DNA of 64,000 nt from Lama glama. Taxonomy: Eukaryota. The DNA lies in assembly GCA_028534125.1 (NCBI GenBank), contig CM052817.1, positions 54,810,001-54,874,000 on the forward strand. Direction: 5' to 3'. Positions 1 through 13,782 of this stretch are shown in pieces; the stretch's first letter is position 1; each line of letters starts with the position of its first letter. The notes beneath the pieces are model-generated. The model ran no database searches, had not been told where the DNA came from, and saw nothing but the letters and a program-made list of their open reading frames with translations. The translations under genes were made by a program, and so were the position numbers.

Positions 1-390
1 TAAAGACACTATAAATCTCCTAGAAGAAAACATAGGCAAAACATTATCTGACCTAAATCTTAGCAATGTTCTCCCAGGGCAGTCTACCCAGGAAATAGAA
101 ATAAAAGTGAAAATAAATAAATGGGACTTAATTAAACTTACAAGCTTTTGCACAGCAAAGGAAACCATAAGCAAAACAAAAAGACAACCTACAGTATGGG
201 AGAAAATGTTTACAAAAGGTGAGACTGACAAGGGCTTAATTTCCAGAATATATAAACAGCTTAATAATGAAAAACATACAATCCAATCCAAAATTGGGCA
301 GAAGACCTAGACTTGCAATTCTCCAATTAAGACATACAAGTGGCCAATAAGCACATTAAAAAAGTTCAATATTGCTAATTATTAGAGAAA
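1..390 (+). mobile_element. LINE-1 ORF2 C-terminal fragment (young family), runs off the left edge
   Basis: ORF 107-310 (KINKWDLIKLTSFCTAKETISKTKRQPTVWEK...DKGLISRIYKQL) is typical L1 ORF2p C-terminal sequence; closely matches the reverse complement of ~60500-60880 in this window. Confidence 0.93.
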
Positions 391-409
391 TACCATATTC
401 TCTTGATAA

Positions 410-960
410 TGATACTTCAGTTTCCATCTGGAGTACCACTCATTCCTCCATCCTTTATTGAAGTAGGTTATTATCTTTTGAGTTTGTGCTATGCACATAT
501 CTGGATGGAGAATCACATTGTTTGATTCAAAGATGGGCTAAGGGAATTCATAAGATTTGGACTAGGGGTACTGACACAGATGGACAAACTGTTTTCTGCT
601 GAATTGAAGCTGGAAGAATGAAAAGCTGGCATTACTATAACCATCTCTCATTAACTTATCCATTAACTTAATTATTTACTCAACAAAATATTAACCAACA
701 CCTACCATGTGCCTAACTCATGCTTGGGATGCAGAAGTGAACAAATTAGACAAAAATGCTGGTCAATTAGCTGTAAGAGTCAGCTTGAGAATGGAGCTAA
801 CACAGTTGAAGTAGAGCTGAGAAATTTGAGGATTAGGGTTTGCCAACATTTTGTCCCAGGATCAAGCCTGCCTTAGAGTTCACACTGGAAGGAAAATTCT
901 ATTTCACAAGCCAACACTTTTCCTTCTTAAGTTAGTGTAGGTTAAATCTGTCACCTGTAC
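410..960 (+). mobile_element. Old MaLR (MLT1K/L-like) LTR relic with an L2-like patch at ~655-760
   Basis: gagaatggagctaacacag...agagctgaga, and 3' end ...ttaagttagtgtaggttaaatctgtcacctgtac, resemble MLT1 LTRs; tttactcaacaaaatatt...acctaccatgtgcc resembles the L2 3' end. Confidence 0.5.
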
Positions 961-964
961 TCAA

Positions 965-2300
965 ATATTATTTATTTTGTTGGGTGATGCAATTAATATA
1001 TGCTATTACAGAAAATAAATAGAAAAGTATAAAGTAAATAAAAATCACTTCTAACGCTGCAATCAGCTGATATTCTGGTATATTTACTTCCAGGAAGTAA
1101 ATTTAGATAGATATTTATTAAATAATAACTCCCTTTAAATGACTGATTTCTTTATTAAAATATTAAATGCTTATTTTTATCATGTTCACCAATGTTTTGA
1201 GCATTTTTCTCTTTTTAGTATAAGAATATAAGGTTTTAATGCCCCCCCATCATTCTTAGATATAGCATAAAGTTCCCCTAGTATCGAAATTTAAATCATT
1301 TCTAATTTTCATCATTTTAAACAATACTACAATGTTCTTTCTTAAATCATTTATCTGCATCTCTATTTAATAATAAAAATTTCCAGAAGCTCATTTTTAA
1401 AATGTGAAGATTATTTTGTCTTAAATTCATTTCATATTTTATTACTGAAGATAAGAAAATTGTCTTTTGAAGTTTTTCTCAGTTTTACAGTGACATGCTT
1501 TCTTACTCGCTTTGTATTCTCTGCATAATTAACCTTTTGTCTCTCATGTTTACTGCCAATATTTCTCTCAATGTTTTGTCTTCAATCTGATATAAGAGGT
1601 TGTTGGCAAAAAAATCTACATTTGCGTAGTGAAAAACTTTACTTTTCTTTGTCATTTGTTGCAGTTGATTTTTGTTCAAAAAAGCCCATGCCCATCCTTA
1701 AATCATTTACATAATGTTTAAATAGACCCTTGACTAATCCTTTAGTATATATGATAATTGAGTTCCAAGTTTAGTTAAACAAACTGGAACTAAATTTGAA
1801 TTATGATGTAAGGCATAACTTGTGCTTTTTTATTTTTATTTTTCACAAAATCATTTGTTGCTTAACTTATATTTTCTTCACTGATTGTGATGATTTCTTT
1901 ATTGTATAATTACTTAGATCTAATAAAATTTTTTCTGCCATTGATTCTGGCTTTTTGAACCTATTTACAGATTTTTCTCTAGTATGCTGTATTAATATCT
2001 AGAGATATATCTTAATGTCTATATCACTTTTAAAAATATTTTCTATCTATTTTTAACCATTTATATTTAAAGGTGAATTTTAGAATCATATTTTTGAAGT
2101 TCCATAAAAATTCCCTTAGTACTTTGGTATTTCTTGAATAGCATATGTCAGTTTAGAAAAATTTTCATACACACAGTGTTTCAGGAGAGATATCTCCATT
2201 TATGTATATCTTCTATAGTATCTTTACATCCATATAAAAAATAGATGTATGTATTTAGTTTTCTTGTTAATATCCAACATAATTTTCTTTCCTCTCAGTA
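965..2300 (-). mobile_element. Highly decayed ancient L1 (L1ME-like)
   Basis: T-rich tract with scattered L1 3' UTR/ORF2-like words (tagaaaagtataaag...aaaatcac; gtgaattttagaatca); very diverged. Confidence 0.4.
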
Positions 2301-2429
2301 AGTATATAGTACAGAAAGAATATGGCCCTTTAGATATTTCACTTATTAGGAATTTTATACGGAAAATTAAGTGCTTAGAATGTGATTAGAAGGGCTAGAG
2401 GAGTGAGAATCAGGGGGACACCTGATTTC

Positions 2430-2770
2430 AAGAACACTCCCATGCCTGCCACCCAGACATCAGGAAACTGTTGCTACGTTTGTCTGCAATGAAACTGTAA
2501 AGATTTGGCCACTAGACACAGAGTATGGCCACTAAAATTCTCTCTCAGTACTCATGTCACAATGATACTGCTTACAATCAGAAGGAACACCTGGAAAAGG
2601 GCTTGTGCTTGATTCCTGTCTTCTAAATCTGGTAGGAATGCAGTTAATTAGTGAGATCAATTTTGCCTCCAGAACCTTAGCTTCAAAGTAGACTAGGAAA
2701 TGTAGTTTTTAGTTTGTGAGTGTCTATAGAATTGAGAGTGAGTCAATACATAAGATCAGTCATGATGATC
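2430..2770 (-). mobile_element. Old ERVL/MaLR-type LTR relic (LTR33-like)
   Basis: ccttagcttcaaagtagactaggaaatgtagtttttagttt resembles the ctagctgcaagggagtctgggaaatgtagttt motif of these LTRs. Confidence 0.4.
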
Positions 2771-2831
2771 TTTCCCGTCACGCTTTTGACAAGTTGCTGC
2801 TGATGCATAGTGAATCTGTTCGCATATTTCT

Positions 2832-3409
2832 CTTTTTGTAATTGAAGTACATCCAGTTTACAATGTTGTGTCAATTTCTGGTGTGCAGCATAATAGTTCA
2901 GTCATACATATACATACATATACTCGTTTGCATATTCTTCATTATGAGTTACTGCAAGAAATTGAATATAGTTTCCTGTGCTATACAGTATAGTCTTATT
3001 TATCTATTATATATATAGCAGTTATTATCTTGTTTATCTATTATATATATAGTAGTTATTATTACCTTCTCAAACTCCCAATTTATCCTTTCCCACTCTC
3101 TTCCTTCCCTGGTAACCATAGTTTGTTTTCTGTGTCTGTGAGTGTGTTTTTGTTTTGTAAATAAGTTCATTTGTCTTTTTTTTTCAGATTCCACATATAA
3201 GTGATAACATATGTTATTTTTCTTTCTCTTTCTGGCTTACTTCACTTAGAATAATGATTTCTGGTCCATCCATGATGCTGCAAATGGCATTATTTTATTA
3301 TTCTTTATGGCTGAGTAGTATTCCATTGTATATAGCAGCATTATTTACGATAGCTAAAACAAGAAAACAGCCTAAATGTCCATTGACAGATGACTGGATA
3401 AAGATGTCA
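2832..3409 (-). mobile_element. Young 5'-truncated, 5'-inverted LINE-1 (3' UTR)
   Basis: T-tract then L1 3' UTR on the minus strand to ~3331, then ~75 bp of L1 in plus orientation; TSD ttcgcatatttct (2819-2831) / tttgcatatttct (3410-3422). Confidence 0.9.
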
Positions 3410-5619
3410 TTTGCATATTTCTTATACTGACTCTTGTTTTAATTCAAGTTGGTTTATGCAACACTATTAACAAAAATAATATAACTTGTAATTAATGAAA
3501 GAGTACTTGCACATGAAACCTACCAAGTTTAGATAGTTATAATTTAGATTATAAATATGTAATTTATATTAACAAAGCATGGCAAATTATAACATCAGAA
3601 ATGTAAGAGTGAAGTCAAAATGGGATTCATGATTGGTAGCTGATAGATTTCATTCCCTTTTTCATTTTTCTTTCCTTCCTGATCTAAAAACCATTAATTC
3701 ATATTCTTGACTGTATAGTACATAAGGGGACTTTTGTTGTTTTTCATTTGCTGGTTTATTTTACAGTGAATCTTGAATGATAACAATAATGAATTTGATA
3801 ATGTTTTTCCTACACATTGATGTGATATTCAGAAACCATATTATCTTTTATTGTCAATACAATGAATACGCTAAAATGTGACCAGGTTACACAATTCTGC
3901 TTCAGCAAATGACTGACTTGTAGGGGATTTACTCAAGTAAGCATTAAAATGTTTTCAAATTAGTATTTTGTTAATTAAAAATAAGAAAAACATCTTTTTT
4001 GAGAAGGCTTTTATTTTTCAAGCTAACAGATAAGATAAAAGTTAGGACCAATGCTCTGTCACAGTACTTTTTCTATCACTTTCATACTTTTACATTTAAA
4101 AATACACATTTTAAAAATGAGTGTTACAAAGAAGCCTTCTATCCTGATGTTTATTATTGACCATTCTTTATAGCAGTTGGGATGGGAGAAGAAATTAAGA
4201 GCCTGCTATTACCAGTCATCTCCCTGGTTTTCTATTATATCTCTGCTTTCAACTCACACTGTAGTCAACAAAAAAAGTAATGATGGCACCAACTATCAAG
4301 TTAAAAGAATTTCCTTTTATGAAAATGCCTCTATTCTTAGTGTGTCATTTTATTTTGTAATATTTATGTGAGTAATGCAAGTAATATTTGGATACGATTC
4401 AGCATTCTCTATGATTTCAGTCTAATTCAGTGCAGCATCCTTATAGTAATATTCGATGAGGTTTGATGATTTAGTATTTCTAATTTTACTATCAGATGAA
4501 AAAGTTTGCAGGGGAAGGCCTAGTTTCTAATTTATTAATGAGGTACTTCAAAAGGTATTGTCTTGATTTTATATATGATCTCTGGATATTTTTATGTAGA
4601 GTTGTGCATATGAATCCCCAATGATCATCTTTTAACCAGGCATTGCCTTTATTTATTACCACGCCTATTTTCTTATTCTTAATCAGCAGTCCTCTGTTCA
4701 GTTTGAGTCTTTTTGAGTCAAACACCCTAGCAACTTCAAGGGACAATACCATACAAACTGGGTGTGTAGAGTTCAAGTATAAACTAAATGGAAGGTTTAT
4801 AAATCAAATCCCCACCCAAATACATTCTTCACAACTGTTTTGTTTCCCCCTACCTTAAACCCTTTTGTCTGCACATTCTGAATTTGAGGAAGACTGTACC
4901 CATGTTGCTTTGTGACTATGAATGTTAGAACCTTCTGTAGATATAGTAGCTAAAGTTCACTCTCTGGTATTATGTTTGTAATAGAGAGAAAACTGAACTG
5001 AGAATCAGGAAATTGAATTTCTAGCTTCCTCTGATGTGTCGAAATGAAAGAAGCTGTGTTTTCTTTCTTACCTCCTCTTCTTTCCTACCTCTTATACCAA
5101 AAAGACAGTTAAAGCTGGAGGGAGAATACTGTTGAGATTAATACTGTGATTGAATATGACAATTACATACAAGATGAAGACAAAGAGATTTTCTAAAGAG
5201 GAAGAAAACTGTAGAGTAAGGCTTCGTGATGGTAAATGTAAATGGAGCCCTAGAGGTTTTCTATGTGGATAGAAAACAATTAAATAATACATGTACCACA
5301 AACCTGTTCTATCACCTGGATAATCAATTGACTTAAATAAAAGCCAGCTATTCAAAGGACTAAAGCTTTGAGATTCCTTCATATAAATCCTAGCTTGTTA
5401 CATACCTCTGTTTCCATGTTATTGAATATGATTAAGTTTTTTATATTAATTAAACATTTGCTGAAATTTTACTAACAGCACTAGTCTAGGAACTGAGAAT
5501 ACAGTATTAAAGAAACAGAAAAAAATGAATATTGCTGGTCTTGTAGAATTTGTTTAGTGGATTTCAAATACTATATATTAAGATATCCAAGATCAAAAAT
5601 CCTGAGAATCTACATGTTG

Positions 5620-5980
5620 AAAATACAATAGGAAAATGGACAAAAAACTGAATATTCACTGGACAATAAAATTATACAAATGGCCAATAAATACATGAAA
5701 ACATGTTCATTAGTTATCAGGGACTAATTTTACCTTATAATATGCAAAACTAGTCAAAGCGAATCTATGTTGCTGTAAGTAAGAATTGTAGTTATCCTTA
5801 GGAGCAGGGGTATTGTGACTGGAAGGGAGCCTGAGGGGTGCTTCTTGGGTGCTAGTAATGTTAGGGTTTTTCACTCGTGGTTTTTATATAGTCCTTTACA
5901 GTTTGTAAAAACTGAGTTGTACTCATATGAAACAATTATCTTTCTATATGTGTATTATATTTCTGTATTTTTTAAAAAAC
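5620..5980 (+). mobile_element. Old L1 (L1ME-like) 3' end
   Basis: aaatggccaataaatacatgaaaacatgttca; tgactggaagggagcctgaggggtgcttcttgggtgctagtaatgtt; tatgtgtattatatttc. Confidence 0.7.
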
Positions 5981-6384
5981 TGTCTTCTGACTATACCCTA
6001 CTGAGTTTAGTCTATTCAATTAACTGGTTACAATCTCCTTGTTTTCTCCCATTAAAAATGGAGATAATTCAAAATCTGGGGTGAGCTTGTGACTGACTTA
6101 GAAATCTCCATTGTTTCATGAATATTGATAATCATGTGTCTAAACACAATGATAGGACTGAAGAGCTCTTAAAACATTTTCAACTAAATATTAACTACCT
6201 AAAAAGACTAATATTAGTACTGAAAAAAATTAATTCCCAAGAAGACAAAATTCACTATCTTTTAAACAGGTAGTGATAATTAATATAACAAATAATTTAT
6301 ATGAAAATAGAAATGAAAAAGTACATGAATAACTTTGGAGTTTTTTGGTCAAAGAAATTACTTAGAGGGACTTTGAAAATGCAC

Positions 6385-6535
6385 AGTCCTGGTTCTAATG
6401 TGGCTGTGCCACCAGATGTGTAGTTCTTAGCAAGTTATTACATGATCTGAACTTTCATTTCCTATATACTGTGTATTCGAATAACTACATGATGAGGGAC
6501 ACAGATAATCTGTTAGATCTATGAAGACTGTTCTG
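6385..6535 (+). mobile_element. MIR SINE relic
   Basis: cctggttctaat...gtgccaccag...tagcaagttatttac...ctgaactttcatttcct core. Confidence 0.55.
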
Positions 6536-6859
6536 TATGAGTTCACTTCTGCATCTTTTGAGACCAGTTTTTTGCCTAGTAAGCAAGAGCCCTACTAAAT
6601 TAATATTTGGGAAATAAGTGAAAATTGTGTATAGGTTCTCAATAAATGGTTTAATATATATAAATTATATTGTAGAATTTATATATCTTATTTAATCATC
6701 ACTCACTGTTCTCTGAGAATGTATTAACATGTCCACATATTATAATACAATTTCTCAATTAGTATGCAGAATCAGTACTCCAACTAAAGACATCTCATAC
6801 CAAGTTTAATGCTTTTCTGACTCTAGAGGAGTAAAATAGATTGTTGCTGTAAATAAATG

Positions 6860-7380
6860 GACTTTCAGGGCTATAAACGGTCTTCATGAATATTTATTCA
6901 AGTCTCTGACTGTCAAGCATCTCTGTCAAACATCTCTTGAATATATCCAGTACTAGGGAGTCTCCCTCCACTGGTGGGTACTCTATAAATCCAATGCTAG
7001 AGCTGTTAAATATTCCTTATATTGATTTCAAAACTGCCTCCAAAATAAATTATACCCTCCAGAGCAACAAAGAGTAAGTCATATTCCCTTCCACATGACA
7101 ATCTTTCATCAAGTTAAGTACAGCTAAATCTTGCTTATGGTAGAAATTCTAGACTGCTCACTGTACTGTTTGCCTACCTTTGCTTCTATATTCCTTAGAA
7201 AAGCAGTTCCCAGTTTATAAATGATTATCAAAGACTATAATAAGACTACTAAAATATATTCTGATCTGTTTTGCCTTGTTTTTGATTCAGTCTATAATTT
7301 TGTTGTTTTTAGTAGCCATGTAACAATGTGGATCTATGTTATCTGTGTTATAAAATTTCGTTTTCAAACCTTGTCAGGAG
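6860..7380 (-). mobile_element. CR1/L3 LINE relic
   Basis: ccagagcaacaaagagtaagtc...ccttccacatgacaatctttc and ttttagtagccatgtaaca resemble the L3 consensus. Confidence 0.5.
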
Positions 7381-7454
7381 ACATTTCACATAGGTTCTAC
7401 TAGGAACATAAGTTCTGCAGTATTATTAAAGGAGAAAAAGACAATTTAAAAAAA

Positions 7455-8145
7455 GTTATACCACCTTAACGTATTTCACCCAATTCCTACCCTTTGCTTC
7501 TGGTGACCACCAATCTGCTCTCCATTTGTATGAGCTCATTTATTTAGTTTCCACATAATATGTCAGATCACATGGTGTTTGCCTTTTTTTCTGTCTCACT
7601 TACTTCACTTATCATAAAGCCCTTAAGGTCCATCTACATTGTCGAAAATGGTAGCATTTCCTTCCTTTTTTGGCTAAATAACATTCCATTGAATATATAC
7701 CATGTTTTCTTTATCCATTCATCCATCGTTGGACACTTAGGTTACCTGGTTCCAAATCTTGGCTATTGTAAATAATACAGTGAATGTGGAGATGCAGATA
7801 TCTTTTTCAGTTAGTGTTTTTTTTTTTTTTCAGATAAATAGTCAGAAGTGGAATTGCTGGACCATGTGCTAGTTCTATTTTTAGTTCTTTGAAAAACCTT
7901 CAGGTTGTTTTCCAGATTGACTGCAACAATGTATATCCCCACCAGCAGTATACAAATATTTCCTTTTCTCCACATCCTCGCCAGCACTTGTTATTTCTTA
8001 ACTTTTCAGTAATAGCCATCATAACAGGTGTGAGGTGATATCTCATTGTGGTTTAGATTTGCATTTCCCTAATGATTAGTGACGTTCAACATCTTTTCAC
8101 GTACTTGTTGGCCATTTGTATGTCCTTCTTGGTAAAATGTTTAGA
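7455..8145 (-). mobile_element. LINE-1 3' UTR / ORF2 end (L1MA-like)
   Basis: tctggtgaccaccaatctg...ccatcataacaggtgtgaggtgatatctcattgtggtttagatttgcatttccctaatgattagtga. Confidence 0.9.
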
Positions 8146-8196
8146 TGAAAAATATTAATATTCAAGTTCATACTTTTTGCAAAAATCATAGTGGTT

Positions 8197-8330
8197 GTAT
8201 TCATTCATTAAACAAATGTTAATTGATTGCCTTTTATATGTGAGTGCTTTTCTAGTGTGGGGATACAGTAGTGAATAAAACAAAGATCCCTGCCAACAAA
8301 GAACTGATGTTCCAGTTCAGGAAAGCATCA
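8197..8330 (-). mobile_element. L2 3' end
   Basis: tattcattcattaaacaaatgttaattgattgcc...ggggatacagtagtgaataaaacaaagatccctgcc. Confidence 0.7.
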
Positions 8331-9452
8331 TCTAACACATAAAATGATGAATTGTCATATACTTTCTCAGAATTGTACATTTTTGTGAATAATTTTAGAG
8401 CTCCAAGCATCAATTATTAGCTATTATAGTTAATAAAAGAATGCTCTGATATTTAATGAAGGTTATTAACAATCATGTCTTTAGTGAGCGGAGTCCAATA
8501 AGTTAATAGCTTTCTATTGTTCCTAGTCAAATAAACTTTTTATGTAATTTCATTATTCTTTGAAAAGAAATGTAATTAAAACTCCAATTTTTTAGCCCTC
8601 CAAATAACGTTGATTCCAGAGTGGAATCCTTGTGAAATCCATTCTCTAAAGTAAAATGGAAAATTACTTCAATGATTCTGTTGAATTAAGTCAAAAAAGG
8701 AGATCATATACTTAATGTTTAATGAGAATAAGGACAGGCATTATACCTGCAAGCACCATTATTTGAATTTGCACCCAGCAAAGCTGAGATGTTAATTTAG
8801 TATAAATTTACAGTTCTGGCTATTGCTCTAGTTAGGGTGTAACATCTCGTAAATAAGAAATGTGAATAAAATACATAGTGATAGGGAGACTATACTTACT
8901 TTATATTCTATTTTAAGACTAATAATTCAGACCAAAATGTCAGGAGGAAGAGGAGGCTTATCCAAAGGTATAAGCACATGGTAATATTTCCTACTTTGAA
9001 GAAATAGTTAAATCTCAAGTGGGGTAATTATTTGATCCCCAAATTAAGTAGATTACCAAGGTTAATAACTCTACTACTAACTTCAATCACCACTACATGT
9101 TTAAAAGTAATAAAATATCTTGTTTGAATTAAGCTATATTTCAAATACAACCTTTAGTACTATGCAATGCCAAAAGCACACAGCAAATACTAGATTGTGG
9201 GCAAATTATAGTTCCAATTGCTGCTTAAGCATAATTCTTTATCTCTGAATACTGAGCTTGCTTATTGTTCATTGTCCCTCAGCAAGAGGCACATGCATTC
9301 CATCTTTTGTTCATTTGTTCCTCAAATAGCATATCCATTAAGATCTCAGAGTATATTTGCCTTTAATGGGTATTTCTTCAAGTCCTCTAAATTTACTTTG
9401 GTGTCTCTTTCCAGTCTCCTTGTACTTGGGTTGCTATCACTGTTCATGATTG

Positions 9453-9871
9453 TGTATTAGAGTACTCAGGCTGCCATAACAATGTCACAAGCTGGGTGGT
9501 TTAAACAACACAAATTAATTTTCTCAGAGTTTGGAGGCTACAAGTCCCAGATCAAGGAGCTGGCAGATCTGCTTTCTGGTGAGATTTCTGGTGAGACCTC
9601 TCTTCCTGGCTTGTAGATGACCTCCTCCTTACTGTGCCCTCACATGGCCTTTTCTTTGTGCGCATATGAAGGAGAAAGATGGAGGTGGGGATCTCTGGTG
9701 TCTCTTCCTTTTCTTATAAGGATACCAGACCTGACAGATTAGGGTCCCACCCTTGTGACCTCTTTTAACCTTAATTACCTGCATGAAGACCCTATCTCTA
9801 AATACAGTCACATTGGGGGTTGGTGGCTTCAACATATGAATTTACCGAGGGTATACAATCAGTCCATGATA
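9453..9871 (-). mobile_element. MaLR solo LTR (MLT1A-like)
   Basis: Starts tgtattag...ggctgccataaca; contains ccctatctctaaatacagtcacattgggg...ttcaacatatgaattt; near-TSD gattg/gattc. Confidence 0.9.
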
Positions 9872-10668
9872 GATTCTTTTAATAATCCTTTTAAAATAAA
9901 ATTTTAATTTTAAAAGAATTTAAGTATATAGAAAAATTGTGAAGATAAGTATAGAGTATTCCCCTATGCCCCTCACTCAGGTTCCTCTATTGTTAACATC
10001 TCATATTAATACGATACTTCATTACAACTAATCAATGTTCATACATAATTATTAACTATAGTTCATAATTGACTCAGATTTCTTTAGTTTTACCACCTAT
10101 TTTTCTTCTTTCTTTGTTTCTCTTTCCTTCTTCCTTTCGTCTTTTTGGTCTTGTCCCATTGGGGTTATCACATTACCTTCAGTAGTCATTTCTCATTAGC
10201 TCCTATTTGACTGTGACACTTACTCAAACTTTCCTTGTTTTGAGTGACCTTTACACTTTTTAAGAAGTACTAATTAGGTACTTTATAGAATCAAGTGAAA
10301 TTTGATCTTTATCTTCTGACTGGTCTTGGTTATGAGTTTTGGGGAGTAAACTGCTGTTTTCATACATCACGTCAAGTGTACATACTATCAAGGTGACATC
10401 CTTGTTGGTGTTAACCTTGATAACCTAGCTGAAGTACTGCTTGTCAGGTTTCTCCACTGTGAAGTTATTCTTTTGCCCCTACTTTTTCATACTGTATCCT
10501 CTGGCAGGAAATATTTATTCACTACTCACACATAAGAAGAGAGAGTTATGCTCTTTCTCCTTCCATTAAGAGTTATCTACATAAATTATTTAGAATTCTT
10601 TTGTCCTGAAAATTTGTTTGATGTTTGTTTATTTATATCAACATATACTTATGGGCAATTATTTTATA

Positions 10669-10835
10669 TTTTTTTTTACATTTTTATTGATTTATAATCA
10701 TTTTACAATGTAGTGTCAAATTCCAGTGTTCAGCACAATTTTTCAGTCATTCATGGACATATACACACTGATTGTCACATTTTTTTCTCTGTGATTTATC
10801 ATAACATTTTGTGTATATTTCCCTGTGCTATACAG
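10669..10835 (-). mobile_element. Young, short L1 3' tail nested in the older L1
   Basis: Poly-T then L1 3' terminus; perfect TSD aattattttata at 10657-10668 and 10836-10847. Confidence 0.9.
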
Positions 10836-12694
10836 AATTATTTTATACTTTGGGTTATAATCTAATACTACTTTATTTTCTTGCACGAATTGTTATAGAT
10901 TTGGCCATTGGGAGCTCTTTCACTTGGCTCCTATGTCTCTTTGGCATATTCTCATTATTTGTTTAATTTTTTAAATTTAACTGAGCAATTTCTTATTCCC
11001 TGTCACTATAAGATGCTTTAGGCTCATCTTATGTATTTCCTGCTCTCATCTTAGAATCAGCCATTTTTCAAAGGAGCCTTGGTTCCTTTTGTTGGAAAAC
11101 AGTATTAGAAACCAAGATCTGGGTGTTAGGTGTGCTCACTGCTACTGAGGTGTTGTTGCTTCTAGGCTCTCTCAGCTGACAGAGTAAAGAAACATATTTG
11201 TGTATATAATAGTACCCATCTATAAATATCCTTAAATGTATATGAATGAACTTTTAACTAAAGCTCATATTAATGTTTCCAATTCTAATCAATTACTACA
11301 TGGATCTTTTTAGCTTCCTCTCCTTGATATTTGTAATCTCCTGCTCCAGCAGTGAGAAATCTCATTCCCATAATTTGCTATACATTTACTTAATTATTAC
11401 ATACAAATATACATGTATATTAGGTATCATACCTCTGTAGTTTATCAACTATAGTACAGTACTTAAGTATAGTTCATTTTGCCTTTGTTTTAAAGATTCT
11501 ACTGATTTTTAAAATTAGTTAGGTTATCAATTTTTCTTCCCACACTGTGAGGGATGTTTCATATGTTTATAATACAGCTGAATTGTTTTGTCATATTCTA
11601 CATTCTGTCCTGAGGGAGGCCTCCTCCAATCTCCTGAATGACTTTTAAACAATTTATATACATTAAAGTTCACTCTTCATGCCATCAAGTTTTATGCATT
11701 TTCACAAATGCAGAGTATCACATATCCGTCATTACGGTACCATACAGATAGATTCATTCTCAAGCAAAACAAAACACTGTTGCTTAAACCTATTAAAACA
11801 ATGCTAGCCTCTGATCTATTTACCATCTCTTTAATTTTGCTGTTTCCAGAATTAATATAATTGAAGCATTGAATATTTAGTCTTTTCAGACAAGCTATTT
11901 CCGCTTAGCAATATGTATTTACCAGTCATCCGTGTCATTTAGTAGCTTGATAGCTCATTTCTTTTTATTGATGAGCAATATTCTGTTGTATGGTTACATG
12001 ATCTTCATTTTTGGTATTGGAATTTATTGTCTTTCTCTTTTCTCTCTCTGGTTAGCCAGGCAATAGGTTTGCTAATCTATTTGTCAAATAGTTAGCTTTT
12101 AGGTTTTTTTTCCCTCAATTTTTTTCTTTTTTTTAGTTTTTAAGTTCTTTGATTTCTGCTGACATTTTTCTTTTTTTTTTTTTCCTTAAAGTTAAAATGC
12201 TCTGCATTTTCTATTTTTCTATGATGGAATCTGAGATTACTGATTTTAGATCTTTCTTATTTTCTAATACATGCATTTAACATGATTGTCCTCTAAGCAC
12301 TGCTTGCACTGCATTCCACAGATTTTGATAGGTTGTTTTTTATTATCATTTAGTTGGATTTCCCTTGAGACTGCTTCTTTGATTCAGATTTCCTTTGATC
12401 TCCAAATATTTGGGCAATTTCTAGGTATCTTTTATTACTGATAGCTAATTTAATTCCATTATGATTCCATTGTATGATTTTTATTTTAAAAAATTTGTTG
12501 TTTTTTTAATGGTCCAGAGTGGAGACTGTCTTGGTGAATATAATTTTTTGTTGTATCAGGTAATTAACATGGAGGTAAATAGACCTCTAGTGTGTAGTTT
12601 TACATTTATCTGGCTAGTATTTATGTTTGCTGTGTTTAATGTTTGCTGTAGGGATAGGTGCCAGAGGCTTCATGTTTCTTGTTTTTGTTTCTGT

Positions 12695-12758
12695 TCTTTA
12701 CTTTAGGCTTTCTTAAGTATTTCTCTTTACTTTAGGCTTTCTTAAGTATTTCTCTTTA
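12695..12758. repeat. Perfect 29-bp tandem duplication
   Basis: tctttactttaggctttcttaagtatttc x2 followed by tcttta. Confidence 0.95.
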
Positions 12759-13782
12759 GTGAAGGGCTACATCTTGCAGCTTGGTCAGCGGCAATTTTCT
12801 TTTATTATCATATAACCCTGTTGGTGTAGTGGTATGGATGTGGGAAGGGTTCTGTCATCTTCTGATTAAACGTCTGTCCTTTAGTGGGCCTGTGTCTCTA
12901 GGCTGGTACCCTCACGTGTATTTTTCCCACATATAGCACTTCCCCTACCTTAGGTAAGGTAGGAAAAACTACAGGGAGTAGAGGGGAAGGGTTCTCTTCC
13001 CCAGCTGGGATAAGGCTCTGGTAAAGTCTTTCCCAGGCTTTGTTACAAAGTAGGTCTTTGCTACAAAGAATCCTCTCAGGTCTATTTCCCAATTACTCTT
13101 TTACTTCTTTTTGCCAAAGCCTCAAGATCTTTCTTGGTTCTTCACCATAAGATCCTAATACAGAACCCGAGGGTAAAAACCTAAGAAGTTGTGGAGAGCA
13201 CAGCTTCCAGGAGTTTCTCACTCATGCTAGTCTGTGCTCAGCCTCAGATAGTTTGTCATTTAAATGTTCCTACCTGTTTGTGGCTCTAGCAGCTTCTGTT
13301 CTAGTTGAGCAGAACTCTGCTGTGACTCTGGATTTTCTTGTCCAACTTTTGGGGTGATAATTTGACATGAGACCTCAATTCTCTGATGGGTTAAAAAATC
13401 ACTGGTTTTTAGTTTACTCAGATTTTTCTTATTATAAGAAAGGAAGTGAAAATTTACAATCTATTTACATGTCAGAGCTACATTTGCAGTGTCATATTTT
13501 TCTTTTAAAGATTTCAGTGGCCAGATATTTACCTGGACTCTCAATCTAAACATCTGTATTTAGACAATCAACATAATGCTAATAATTATTTATATATTAT
13601 ATACATGTATTCTCAGAGCAAATAGCAATCTTTGATTGCTATAATCAAATTGTATATGATAACTATTGGTACCAATTTGAGTTCACGTTAGAAGCTAAAT
13701 TTTTGTTCTTGAATCTTTGAAAGTGTGTAGTTTAACAGCTATAGCAAACGTCCAAGTTAAATTTTCAGAATATCCAGAATAC

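Larger units (their letters stand above)
9890..13490 (-). mobile_element. Old LINE-1 (L1MC/L1MD-like): 3' region, internal fragments and 5'-end-like sequence at ~12600-13490
   Basis: tagaaaaattgtgaagata...tattgttaacatct; agaatcagccatttttcaaaggagccttggttcctttt...gaaaccaagatctgggtg; ends tttacatgtcagagcta. Confidence 0.75.
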
